From a virus (taxonomy: Duplodnaviria > Caudoviricetes), in the IMG/VR virus record IMGVR_UViG_3300038797_000097, positions 1 through 53,155 of that record: 53,155 bases of DNA; one strand, 5' to 3'. Numbering within the stretch: position 1 is the first letter of the stretch; every line of letters begins with the position of its first letter. The notes beneath the pieces were generated by a model. The model was not told the origin of the DNA and searched no databases. It saw only the letters and a program-made list of their open reading frames with translations. Positions 7,453 through 16,056 of this stretch are shown piece by piece. The translations under genes and the position numbers were made by a program.

Positions 7453-7779
7453 TTATTTTGAACCAGTAAAGCCGCGCTTCTTATAAGCTTTGCGGTCATA
7501 CGAAGGGATGTTGTTAAGTTCTAGGGCAATCGCTAAAGCTTTTTTGCGCTGGAAGCTAATCTCACTCATTAAGGCTGTATAAACCTTAGGGCGCTTTGCT
7601 TTAAATTCTTCGACATTTAAAGGTGTCTTTTCTTCACCTTTTACTGTGTACAGCACACTACCGTTAGCATTAGCTGCATAAACAGTCCAGCCGATACGTA
7701 CAGAGTAGAGACCAGTTAAGCGGTCAAGGCCGATATAAGCTTTAACACCATCTGGATGTGGTTTGAATTGAGCATTCAT
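7453..7779 (-). CDS. Phage hypothetical protein (start re-called at MNAQF)
   Basis: GGAGG RBS upstream of ATG 7779. Confidence 0.65.
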   Translation of the reverse strand: MNAQFKPHPDGVKAYIGLDRLTGLYSVRIGWTVYAANANGSVLYTVKGEEKTPLNVEEFKAKRPKVYTALMSEISFQRKKALAIALELNNIPSYDRKAYKKRGFTGSK

Positions 7780-7781
7780 GA

Positions 7782-7970
7782 TTAGCCTCCCATCATCCAA
7801 GATGCAGCGGCTACAGAAATCACCCAAAGGATGAATGAAAGGGCAATAAACTTAATAAAGTCGATTGCGTTGGCTTTAATGGTGGCGAAACGAGAAGGAC
7901 GCTGTTCTTCTACAGTTGGGTGTTGATATAAGCGTGCAGTCGTTTGACTCTGGATAGTGTTTTGTTTCAT
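7782..7970 (-). CDS. Small protein with C-terminal TM; first gene after pL
   Basis: Hydrophobic C-terminus; preceded by a leader hairpin at about 7991-8028. Confidence 0.65.
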   Translation of the reverse strand: MKQNTIQSQTTARLYQHPTVEEQRPSRFATIKANAIDFIKFIALSFILWVISVAAASWMMGG

Positions 7971-8040
7971 ACTTATCTCGTAAAGTTTGCAAAGCTCACT
8001 GGGGTTCGAAGATCAGTGGGCTTTTTTTATTGTTTATAAG

Positions 8041-8108
8041 GTAAAGAATACTTTACATATTTAATTATGTAAAGCGAGATTTACAAAATATTGTAAATTA
8101 AACTATGC
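8041..8108. promoter_or_regulatory. OL-like operators, consensus GTAAAG-N4-CTTTAC
   Basis: 8041-8056 GTAAAGaataCTTTAC; 8069-8084 GTAAAGcgagATTTAC; 8093-8108 GTAAATtaaaCTATGC. Confidence 0.75.
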
Positions 8109-8170
8109 AATATGATTTAATAGACAAAAGAAAACCCACCGTGGTGGTGGGGTGAAAGGAGTTTATTGGG

Positions 8171-8602
8171 ATGTATGGAGAAGACAAATATGGTAAGCGC
8201 GTTGAAATTACTGCCAGGTCATCACTGGTAGGACGCTCATTTCATTCAATTACTATCGAGTGTGTGGAGGACTTAAAGATTCTACCGAGAATTCAAGGGC
8301 TCTTGATGTGGAGGCACAATCAACAAAAGTCAAATAAGTCTGTAATATTCAATATTCCTGCTTTTAGTCCGAGTGCTTTTTTCAAGAAGTATTCTGACAA
8401 AATTAAATCTACTATAAAGACTAGCGGAAATTTGTGCGAAGCCAATCCAACAAAGGAACCAATTCCAACTCAGCTCCATGGTGATCCATTGCACGAAAAA
8501 AAACACTATAAACAGGAACTACTGGGGATTGCTGAACGGTTCCCTCGCGAATTTCCCAAACAAACTCCCTTTGATAAAATTCAGCAAAATCCTCACCCAT
8601 GA
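8171..8602 (+). CDS. Possible hypothetical protein; 3' part overlaps 8421-8939 antisense
   Basis: AAGGAG upstream of ATG, but a 182-bp convergent overlap. Confidence 0.3.
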   Translation: MYGEDKYGKRVEITARSSLVGRSFHSITIECVEDLKILPRIQGLLMWRHNQQKSNKSVIFNIPAFSPSAFFKKYSDKIKSTIKTSGNLCEANPTKEPIPTQLHGDPLHEKKHYKQELLGIAERFPREFPKQTPFDKIQQNPHP

Positions 8603-8939
8603 TGGGACGAAGGTAATCGAGAAACATTTCATCAATTTTATATATAGAGAAAGATGAGTGATTGATATTAGGTCTAAAACAAAATTCAATATACCCAATA
8701 TAACAATCGTCTTTCTCACTTTTATCGAAGAGAAACCCAGTTGTCATAAATTTGGTTGATTCGGTGTTTAATTTATATACAGCCTCTTTAATTCTTGGTA
8801 ATTTTTCGAATTCTGTTATTAAATCTATTTTGTCTGGGTGTTCAACTAAGTTAAAGCCACCATTATTTGAAGCCCCATCCTCAAAGTTACTTCCATACGG
8901 AAAATTTTTCCAAGAACCATCAACTCTTTTTACTGCCAT
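8421..8939 (-). CDS. Immunity-region cargo protein of unknown function
   Basis: Co-oriented downstream of cI; AAGGTAAG RBS. Confidence 0.7.
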   Translation of the reverse strand: MAVKRVDGSWKNFPYGSNFEDGASNNGGFNLVEHPDKIDLITEFEKLPRIKEAVYKLNTESTKFMTTGFLFDKSEKDDCYIGYIEFCFRPNINHSSFSIYKIDEMFLDYLRPIMGEDFAEFYQREFVWEIREGTVQQSPVVPVYSVFFRAMDHHGAELELVPLLDWLRTNFR

Positions 8940-9033
8940 TTCAATTTCTTACCTTTAGTAATTTGTGTGTTTTAAAGTACCGTGTCGGGTCACGGCTTTA
9001 TTATCCAGCGTACAAAAAAATGATTTAGGCTGT

Positions 9034-9336
9034 TTATACAACAGAATATTTTTCTAAAAACTCATCTATCCATTCTTGTGCTACCTCAAGATTGGTTATA
9101 TCTGTTAACTTTAGATTAGTACCTTCTGCTTCGTTAAAACCTTCAATAATAGCTTCAAAGATATTCGCTTCACTGATGACCTCGCGTGCCATTTCCGCAG
9201 CGTCATAGCTCTGCTTGGCTTTTTTAAGGGAGGTTATTTGTTTATCAATTGCTGCACCAATTTTTCCTAATGCTGATTTGAATTCTTGACGATTGATCGT
9301 TAGCGCAGTTTTTGATTTATTAAGTGTTGCGATCAT
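9034..9336 (-). CDS. Phage hypothetical protein downstream of cI
   Basis: Clean ORF with RBS-like AAAGAG. Confidence 0.7.
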   Translation of the reverse strand: MIATLNKSKTALTINRQEFKSALGKIGAAIDKQITSLKKAKQSYDAAEMAREVISEANIFEAIIEGFNEAEGTNLKLTDITNLEVAQEWIDEFLEKYSVV

Positions 9337-9420
9337 TATGTTCTCTTTTTTAAGAAATTTTAATTACACAGCTCGCTAAAACTGGCGAGCAGATCAGTAA
9401 GTTGCGCCGGGTCCACAGTT

Positions 9421-10116
9421 TTAAGAATTTTTGGGTCTTGATCTTCTTTTAGCTCTGTATGTATATCGCATGCAGTCAACTACTTGGCCTACAAAATGAC
9501 AATGCTCATCCAAAGGAATGATATTTGGTTCAAATTTAGGATTTAATGCTTGTAGGAAGCGTGAGCCATCAGTCTCAATAACAAGTTTTTTAAAAGTTGC
9601 ATCTTCAAATCTTCGAACTACCACCATATCGCCAGATTGCATGTCACTGTAGTAAACATCTGGATCAACAAGAATGTAATCACCCTCCAAAAAATCTGGT
9701 TGATTACTAACACCTTGGACTTTTAGATAAAAACAATTAGTACATTCTTCAGGAAGAGGAATCCACTCTTCAACTTGGGATAGATCTACAGATTGCACAT
9801 TAGTAAAGGTTCCAGCCTGAACCCATGAAAGAACGGGGGCTAAGGTTGCTACTTTTTTGGAGATATTGTTATCAATTTTTGTAGCATCCATTTTGTTGCT
9901 TTGGCCAGCAAGCCAATCTTTTGATACACCTAAAAACTCAGCAGCTTTTACTAGATTTGAACCTTCAAGTTCTTGTGTTGGTCCATTAACCCATAAACCG
10001 ACATTGGCTCTGCTAACGCCAGCAAATCTAGCTAAATCAGTATTCTTGAATCTTTTACCTGTTTCAGACTCATAGTGTTTTATAGCTAAAGACATTCGCT
10101 CTTGAAGAGTGCTCAT
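9421..10116 (-). CDS. cI: CI-like repressor (HTH plus S24 autopeptidase); start re-called at MSTLQ
   Basis: HTH DLARFAGVSRANVGLWV; VQAG cleavage site; GVS Ser and TFKK Lys; divergent from cro. Confidence 0.92.
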   Translation of the reverse strand: MSTLQERMSLAIKHYESETGKRFKNTDLARFAGVSRANVGLWVNGPTQELEGSNLVKAAEFLGVSKDWLAGQSNKMDATKIDNNISKKVATLAPVLSWVQAGTFTNVQSVDLSQVEEWIPLPEECTNCFYLKVQGVSNQPDFLEGDYILVDPDVYYSDMQSGDMVVVRRFEDATFKKLVIETDGSRFLQALNPKFEPNIIPLDEHCHFVGQVVDCMRYTYRAKRRSRPKNS

Positions 10117-10151
10117 AGTGTAAATCTCATGGCTATTGCCATAAACAAAAT

Positions 10152-10235
10152 GTAAAGAAATCTTAACTTTTTGATTGCAAAGCTTGCTAAACATTTATTG
10201 GTAAAGTAGACTTGACAAAGTAAAGTTTAATTAGG
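10152..10235. promoter_or_regulatory. OR-like operators, same consensus as OL
   Basis: 10152 GTAAAGaaatCTTAAC; 10177 GCAAAGcttgCTAAAC; 10201 GTAAAGtagaCTTGAC; weaker site at 10220. Confidence 0.75.
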
Positions 10236-10242
10236 AATTTAT

Positions 10243-10419
10243 ATGCGAATTGAGATGAGAACATCCGATGTTTTGGCTCGGTTCAACGCGCCAAAAATCG
10301 CAAAAATATTAAAAATTAGCCGTCAAGCAGTTTATCAGTGGGGAGAGTATGTCCCAGAAGCTGCTGCTTTTAAATTGCTTGAACAAGAGCCAACACTACC
10401 AGTTAAGAGGGTTGTATGA
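10243..10419 (+). CDS. cro: Cro-like repressor, 58 aa (not in the ORF track)
   Basis: MRIEMRTSDVLARFNAPKIAKILKISRQAVYQWGEYVP...; AGGA RBS; ATGA overlap with the next gene. Confidence 0.88.
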   Translation: MRIEMRTSDVLARFNAPKIAKILKISRQAVYQWGEYVPEAAAFKLLEQEPTLPVKRVV

Positions 10420-10679
10420 GTCTCGAAAAAGAAGATCTTCGTTTGAAAATGCTCCCTGACATGATGGAGAGACTTCGTCTTATTGCTGACGTTCGGGGTA
10501 ATGATTATGCACATCAAGCTATCGTCCTATTAGAAAAAGCAATCATGGGTGATTATCACGAAGTTAGCTTAATGCTTGAAAGAGCTAATAAAAATAGGAA
10601 GAAAAGGGAGAGTTTGGGAATACTTGGTCGGGTTGGGGTAAATCCAGAATCACAAATCCTAGAAATAAAAAAAGCCTGA
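10416..10679 (+). CDS. CII-position regulator (ribbon-helix-helix-like)
   Basis: Position after cro; DLRLKM.PDMMERL..IA pattern. Confidence 0.6.
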   Translation: MSLEKEDLRLKMLPDMMERLRLIADVRGNDYAHQAIVLLEKAIMGDYHEVSLMLERANKNRKKRESLGILGRVGVNPESQILEIKKA

Positions 10680-10720
10680 TGGTCGAGATCAGGCTTTTCA
10701 ATTCATCAATACGGAAACCA

Positions 10721-11044
10721 ATGAATATGCAAACTAATTTATCAAATCAAACGTCTGAAGACAATCTGCAAGAGCAGAATCGTCATCAAATTATTCAATC
10801 TTGGTATGAGCCAGCACTTAGAACTTTAGAAGGATTGCTTGAAGTACGTAAGCAGAATTTGCGAGACCAAAAACGTGATGAAAATAATGCAGCAGTAAAA
10901 CGTGATGAGTTTATGCATGCACTTTCTGTGCAGCACAGAATGCCAATTTTCCATGCTGGTCAAATCATCTCAAGTTTATACCGGGCTAAACGGATCCGCT
11001 ATTTGGATAGCACTTTCATTCAGTTGAATGAAGAGGAGGATTAA
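10721..11044 (+). CDS. Phage hypothetical protein (start uncertain)
   Basis: ORF after the hairpin at about 10668-10699; TAATG coupling to the replication gene. Confidence 0.65.
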   Translation: MNMQTNLSNQTSEDNLQEQNRHQIIQSWYEPALRTLEGLLEVRKQNLRDQKRDENNAAVKRDEFMHALSVQHRMPIFHAGQIISSLYRAKRIRYLDSTFIQLNEEED

Positions 11045-11997
11045 TGAGCTTAGATGCAACAGTTTGGGCTTGGAAAACCCGTCAAAAACAAAAGGCGGGT
11101 GGTGCATTAAAGCCACTTAAAAAATTAGTCCTTCTTTCACTGGCCGATCGAGCTGGCGAAACACATGAATGTTATCCAAGTATTGCACGTTTAGTTGAAG
11201 ACACTGAGATGGACCGTAAGACCGTTTTAAAAATCATTGATGAGTTAATTGAAGACGGATTTATTATCGATACTGGTAAACGCGAAGGTAGAACTAAGCA
11301 GGTAAAAGTTTATCTTTTGATCGGAGTTAAGGGCCGAGAAACAGTACCAACAACGGTACACTTTGACACTGAAAATGACGAAATAAACAGTCCCACCAAT
11401 GGAACAGTTCCAATAACGGAACAGTTCCAACAATTCCATGAAAGAGTCCCAACAATTCCGTTAAACAGTCCCAACGTTGGGACACGGAATCTTTCAAAGA
11501 ATCTATCAATAGAATCTAAAAATAAAAAAACATGGTTGAGTTTAAAAAAACTTGGTGAAGAAATTCTTTTGGCAACTGATCAGGAAACTTACGAGCAGAT
11601 CAAAAATGCGACTTGGTTCGATCGTGAGTTACGAGCATTTGAACTCTACAACGCCGAGAAGAGTCTTTGTGATGAACTCATGCTTTACCACTTTGCAGAT
11701 TGGTTAATCAACGCATGTGGAAAATACCAGTCACGTGAGCAAGCTAAAAACCAAAATACTGGAACACAGGTTCGAGTCCCGCAGGGGGAGTCAAACACCT
11801 TCAGTTCAAAACAGATTTACTCATTCGCTCAAAAACTTTCTGTTCATCCAGAGTTTGCAAGCAAATACGCTGAAGGTAACGAGAGCTATGAACAACTTGC
11901 AGCGCGTATCGCAGTGAAGCTTGCAGATCCTGAGCAACAACAAAAATTAATGCCATACCTCATTCAAGTTGGTTTCACTGGAAAGGGGGCGGCATGA
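11044..11997 (+). CDS. Replication initiator (lambda O-like, N-terminal wHTH)
   Basis: KLVLLSLADRA...CYPSIARL...RKTV...L motif; internal iterons. Confidence 0.85.
   Translation: MSLDATVWAWKTRQKQKAGGALKPLKKLVLLSLADRAGETHECYPSIARLVEDTEMDRKTVLKIIDELIEDGFIIDTGKREGRTKQVKVYLLIGVKGRETVPTTVHFDTENDEINSPTNGTVPITEQFQQFHERVPTIPLNSPNVGTRNLSKNLSIESKNKKTWLSLKKLGEEILLATDQETYEQIKNATWFDRELRAFELYNAEKSLCDELMLYHFADWLINACGKYQSREQAKNQNTGTQVRVPQGESNTFSSKQIYSFAQKLSVHPEFASKYAEGNESYEQLAARIAVKLADPEQQQKLMPYLIQVGFTGKGAA
11341..11490 (+). repeat. Iterons / probable phage origin within the initiator gene
   Basis: Repeated ACAGT(A/T/C)CCAA / GTCCCAAC / GGAACAGTTCCAA units followed by an A-rich tract. Confidence 0.7.
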
Positions 11998-12383
11998 CAT
12001 CAATGAGCGTTGCTGAATACCGTGAATTATTTCCTATTCAGAAAAAAAAGCGCCGTTCAGCAAAGCAAACACGTGAGCCAAGTGTAGGGGAGGTTTTGTT
12101 AGCAACTCATCTTAAAGCCTGCAAGATTGAATTTGAGCAGGAATATAAATTCCATCCAAAGCGTAAGTGGCGGGCGGATTTTTTAATTATGGGAAAAAAG
12201 ATATTGGTGGAGGTCGAAGGTGGGATCTGGAGCGGAGGACGTCACACAAGGGGCAAAGGTTATTTAGGAGATATGGAGAAATACAACGAAGCGGCAATGA
12301 TGGGGTTTACAGTTTTACGGTTCAGTACAGAGCAAGTTAAAGCGGGCGTGGCGATTAAACAAATTGAGCAATTGGTGGGATGA
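11994..12383 (+). CDS. DUF559-like PD-(D/E)xK endonuclease
   Basis: EYKFHPKRKWRADF...VEVEGG...KYN.A...G..VLRF. Confidence 0.75.
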   Translation: MTSMSVAEYRELFPIQKKKRRSAKQTREPSVGEVLLATHLKACKIEFEQEYKFHPKRKWRADFLIMGKKILVEVEGGIWSGGRHTRGKGYLGDMEKYNEAAMMGFTVLRFSTEQVKAGVAIKQIEQLVG

Positions 12384-12877
12384 AAATGAATATGCCAGTA
12401 CAACACATTTTACAAGCGGTCGATTGGTCTAAATATAGTTTTGAAGAGTGGTGTCGCCAGCTTGGAGCTTGGCTTAACGGTGATACCGAAACTATGGTCA
12501 AAATTGTTAAAACCATGCCAACAAAACGCGTCACTCAAAAACAACGTGAACAATTAATGGCTATGTATATGAGTGATGAAACTTTAAAAGATCGTTTGTG
12601 TACTCGCCGTAAGGGTACTTGCTGTCAGTTAAATGATAATGAAGCACGTGGGGTACATAGATTGTTTATTGATATGCAATTAATTGAAGACCAAATTTTA
12701 CAAGATTGGATCTCAGCAATTTGGTCACATCATGTTATGGGGAATTCTTTAAGGGATATTGCTCAAAGTAACGATACTTCAGTTAATCAAATTAGACAGG
12801 ATTTAAAATGTGGTCTTGCTTATATCAAAAGCCGTAATTCACACTTTGCATTTGAAACTTTTGAAAAAACCACTTGA
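12380..12877 (+). CDS. Q-like late antiterminator
   Basis: Last early gene; C-terminal HTH (SLRDIAQ..SVNQIRQ); followed by promoter and terminator. Confidence 0.65.
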   Translation: MKMNMPVQHILQAVDWSKYSFEEWCRQLGAWLNGDTETMVKIVKTMPTKRVTQKQREQLMAMYMSDETLKDRLCTRRKGTCCQLNDNEARGVHRLFIDMQLIEDQILQDWISAIWSHHVMGNSLRDIAQSNDTSVNQIRQDLKCGLAYIKSRNSHFAFETFEKTT

Positions 12878-12969
12878 GTGTGCGCACGGGGTGTGGCATA
12901 TTCGTGCTATAGTGTTCGAAGTATAAGTAAAGCACTAGTATTAAAGCTCATCATTTGGTGGGCTTTTTT
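12874..12969 (+). promoter_or_regulatory. pR'-like late promoter and tR'-like terminator
   Basis: TTGAGT (12874)-17 bp-CATATT (12897) with TG extension; AAAGCTCATC-ATTT-GGTGGGCTTT plus T run (12943-12969). Confidence 0.65.
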
Positions 12970-13097
12970 CTTTTAGATTTTTTAATGGTTCCAAGATCAA
13001 GATAGAGTAATAATTATTTAAAATATTCAATATTTTGAAGTTTTAATAACTATATTTTAGTGGTAAATTGCAAGAATATTGGAATTTGTAAAATATA

Positions 13098-14378
13098 ATG
13101 AAATCATCAAAGACTGTTGAATATTTATGTACCTTTGACTCAAATTTAGGTATTTGTAGCTCAGTTACAAACTTTAAGTCACTATTAAGTGCATCAGAGT
13201 ATATTTCTTTTGCAAGGCACAATATTTTATGGAAAGAAAAAGTATTCGGTTTTGAGGTATCCAAAGGCGCAATTTCAGGAGACGTTAATAGTAATTTTTA
13301 TCATTTAATATTTACAAATTCCAATGATGAAGATCGAGATAGTTTTGATGAATTACTGAAAGCAGTAAGAACAATTTTAGCTAAAGTATCAAATGAAAAA
13401 GAACCATTAGTTTTAAGGGATGATATTAGAAGTGATTATGCAATAAAGGCATACCCCATAATCCATGAATTAGAAAATTCAATGCGTAAATTAATTACCA
13501 AATTTATGATAACTAAAGTTGGAAAAAACTCAATTACATATAATTCTCCCTTAGAGGTTCTAGACTCTTTAAGGAGTGAAATAAAAAAAGTAGAAAGTCA
13601 AAATATACTATATAAGACTGATTTTATACAATTATCTAACTTTCTTTTTAGAGAAGTTTCTACTGATAAATCCAATAGTATCTTTAGTTTTATACGTCAA
13701 TCCGAAGAGATTTCCTTAGATGATTTAAAAAATTTAAAAAACAAACTTCCAATGTCAAATTGGGATAGGTATTTTCAACCAATAATTAATTGTTCTTCTG
13801 ATGAACTTAAGACTAGTTGGGAAGAATTATATAAAATAAGATGTACTGTCGCTCATAATAACTTCTTAACAAAAGAACAATATGATAATTTGTTGACTAA
13901 ATCTAAAAAAGTTCAAAAAATTATTATGGCTGCTTTAGAGAAATTAAGTGATATTGAAGTCAAAGAAGAAGAAAAAAATGATATTCTAGATAGTGTAAAT
14001 ATAAATATAAATGAAAAATATGGAGAATTTCTACTATTATGGAAAGGAATTGAAAGTTCGATTCTTAAAATTATAAGAATGATTGATCCTAATAATAATA
14101 ATATTATAGATCCACGAATTCCTCTAAGTTCTTCTAGAATATTAAGACCTTTAATAGACAATGGTATTATTGATCTTAAGTTGTATTATTCGTTGCAAGA
14201 ACTTAGAAATTATAGAAATCAGTTAATTCATATTGAGAAATTTGAACATAGTGAACTCGAAAATTATATTTATAAGGCTCATGAAATTGATGGAATTTTA
14301 AAGTCTATAATTAACAATAAAATTAAATTGGCTTCAGAACATCAAGACTTTGATAACGAAAACAATGAGGCAGGTTGA
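13098..14378 (+). CDS. HEPN-domain cargo protein with two R-X4-H motifs
   Basis: YPIIHELENSMRKLI; RCTVAH (13839-13856); RNQLIH (14214-14231); very AT-rich. Confidence 0.75.
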   Translation: MKSSKTVEYLCTFDSNLGICSSVTNFKSLLSASEYISFARHNILWKEKVFGFEVSKGAISGDVNSNFYHLIFTNSNDEDRDSFDELLKAVRTILAKVSNEKEPLVLRDDIRSDYAIKAYPIIHELENSMRKLITKFMITKVGKNSITYNSPLEVLDSLRSEIKKVESQNILYKTDFIQLSNFLFREVSTDKSNSIFSFIRQSEEISLDDLKNLKNKLPMSNWDRYFQPIINCSSDELKTSWEELYKIRCTVAHNNFLTKEQYDNLLTKSKKVQKIIMAALEKLSDIEVKEEEKNDILDSVNININEKYGEFLLLWKGIESSILKIIRMIDPNNNNIIDPRIPLSSSRILRPLIDNGIIDLKLYYSLQELRNYRNQLIHIEKFEHSELENYIYKAHEIDGILKSIINNKIKLASEHQDFDNENNEAG

Positions 14379-14599
14379 AATTTACTCATGCTTTCGTGTT
14401 AAATATCGATTATTGGCGGGGCTTTTTATTTCTGGATTGATTTAAAAAATAGAAGTAGAAATACTAAAAACATAGATATTCTGTAAGGGATCATAATGTA
14501 ATAGTTGAAAGTCCGATAAATCAAATCGAATGATGCAATTAGAAAATAAAAAAGTATTTTGATATCATTTATTTAATTTGAATATTTGGATTTTTATTT

Positions 14600-14833
14600 A
14601 TGACCAACAAGCTAACTAAGTACTTTGAAGCGGTAGTTTTTGATGATTTGACAGAAACTGCATTTGAATTTAATGAGATTTCATATTTCTCAATTAATGA
14701 TTCTAAATATGTCGGATCACCTGAAACTATTGAATATGAAGATTGTAACTTCAAAATATATCCAACCAGATTGCTATCAGATTATGAAAAGACAAGATTG
14801 GATATAGATTGGCGAGTACATTGTCCAGTTTAG
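14600..14833 (+). CDS. Small acidic cargo protein
   Basis: 77-aa ORF followed by a terminator at 14843-14865. Confidence 0.55.
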   Translation: MTNKLTKYFEAVVFDDLTETAFEFNEISYFSINDSKYVGSPETIEYEDCNFKIYPTRLLSDYEKTRLDIDWRVHCPV

Positions 14834-14879
14834 TAAAAATGTAACCACCCTAGCGGTGGTTTTTTATTGGATAAAATCT

Positions 14880-15527
14880 ATGAAAAATGAAGTCGGATTT
14901 CATGTTCCTGTACGTCCAATGCCTCCAGAATGGCTATTTGAAATGGATACACCTAACTTTGCACCCGCTCCAGAAATGTGGGAATGGATAAGCAAGGTAT
15001 TTCTAGATCCAAAATCAAAATTATTTAATGTTGACCACATGCACTTACGGTCATTCCGATACCCGGATATTGCTGTTATGTGGGCTAGGTCTGGTTTTAA
15101 AAAGCAAGGTCGTCAGGTCATTGGTACTACTGAAAAAGTCATGATCAATGCTGGTGGCTGGAAGAAAGAACGACAAGAAGAACAATTCATCCAATGGTTT
15201 CAACATATTCCTGAATATCTCATTACTTTTGATGCTTCATATTCACGGATTGCTAGTGATGTGAACTTTTGTGCCTTAGTTGAGCATGAGCTCTATCACA
15301 TTGCACATAAGAAAGACGAGTGGGGAACACCGGCATATAACAGGGAAACAGGCATGCCTAAATTAGCTATACAAGGGCATGATGTTGAAGAATTCACTGG
15401 TGTAGTTCGTCGATATGGAGCAAGTGAGGATGTTAAAAGAATGGTTGAGGCAGCAAATACAAGACCTGAGATGTCGCGAGCAGATGTTCACTATGCTTGT
15501 GGCACTTGTTACTTGAAGGTGGTTTAA
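14880..15527 (+). CDS. Putative phage metallopeptidase
   Basis: ALVEHELYH (HExxH) and HDVEEF.GVVRRYG motifs; start re-called at MKNEV. Confidence 0.8.
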   Translation: MKNEVGFHVPVRPMPPEWLFEMDTPNFAPAPEMWEWISKVFLDPKSKLFNVDHMHLRSFRYPDIAVMWARSGFKKQGRQVIGTTEKVMINAGGWKKERQEEQFIQWFQHIPEYLITFDASYSRIASDVNFCALVEHELYHIAHKKDEWGTPAYNRETGMPKLAIQGHDVEEFTGVVRRYGASEDVKRMVEAANTRPEMSRADVHYACGTCYLKVV

Positions 15528-15573
15528 ATTTTTTTGCCATTCTTCTTGGACGTACTTGGACGGATAGAGAGAA

Positions 15574-16056
15574 ATGGCAAGGCTAAATAAACGGGTAAAA
15601 CTCTATATAGTACGGTCACTTGCTACCTATGAGACACCCACCGAAACATCGAGGGGCGTCCAAGAAGAATTTGGTATCACCGTCACTAAACAGCAATGTG
15701 AAGCATACGACCCGACAAAGAAGACTGGGCAGGATCTAAGCGAAGAGTTTAAGGCTGAGTTTTACAGAGTCCGTAAGGAAATGAACGAAAATCTTAGTGC
15801 TATTCCAATCGCGAACATTGCCTACCGTCTTAAACGCTTACAACGATTCATTGACCTAGAACAATTCAAAGAAAACCCTGTCATTGTGCCGAGCTTAATG
15901 GAACAAGCGGCTAAAGAGGTCGGTGGGCTTTATACGAATCGAAAGGAAATAACCGGCGCTGGTGGTGGACCACTCCAAAGCGAGAATGTAACCCAAGTTG
16001 TTGCAACGCCTGAACAGATACGGCAGGTGTTAGATGAACTCAAAGGTAAGTACTAA
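15574..16056 (+). CDS. terS: Terminase small subunit (DUF2280-like)
   Basis: Upstream of and overlapping terL; YDPTK..G and IPIAN.AYRL motifs. Confidence 0.8.
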   Translation: MARLNKRVKLYIVRSLATYETPTETSRGVQEEFGITVTKQQCEAYDPTKKTGQDLSEEFKAEFYRVRKEMNENLSAIPIANIAYRLKRLQRFIDLEQFKENPVIVPSLMEQAAKEVGGLYTNRKEITGAGGGPLQSENVTQVVATPEQIRQVLDELKGKY

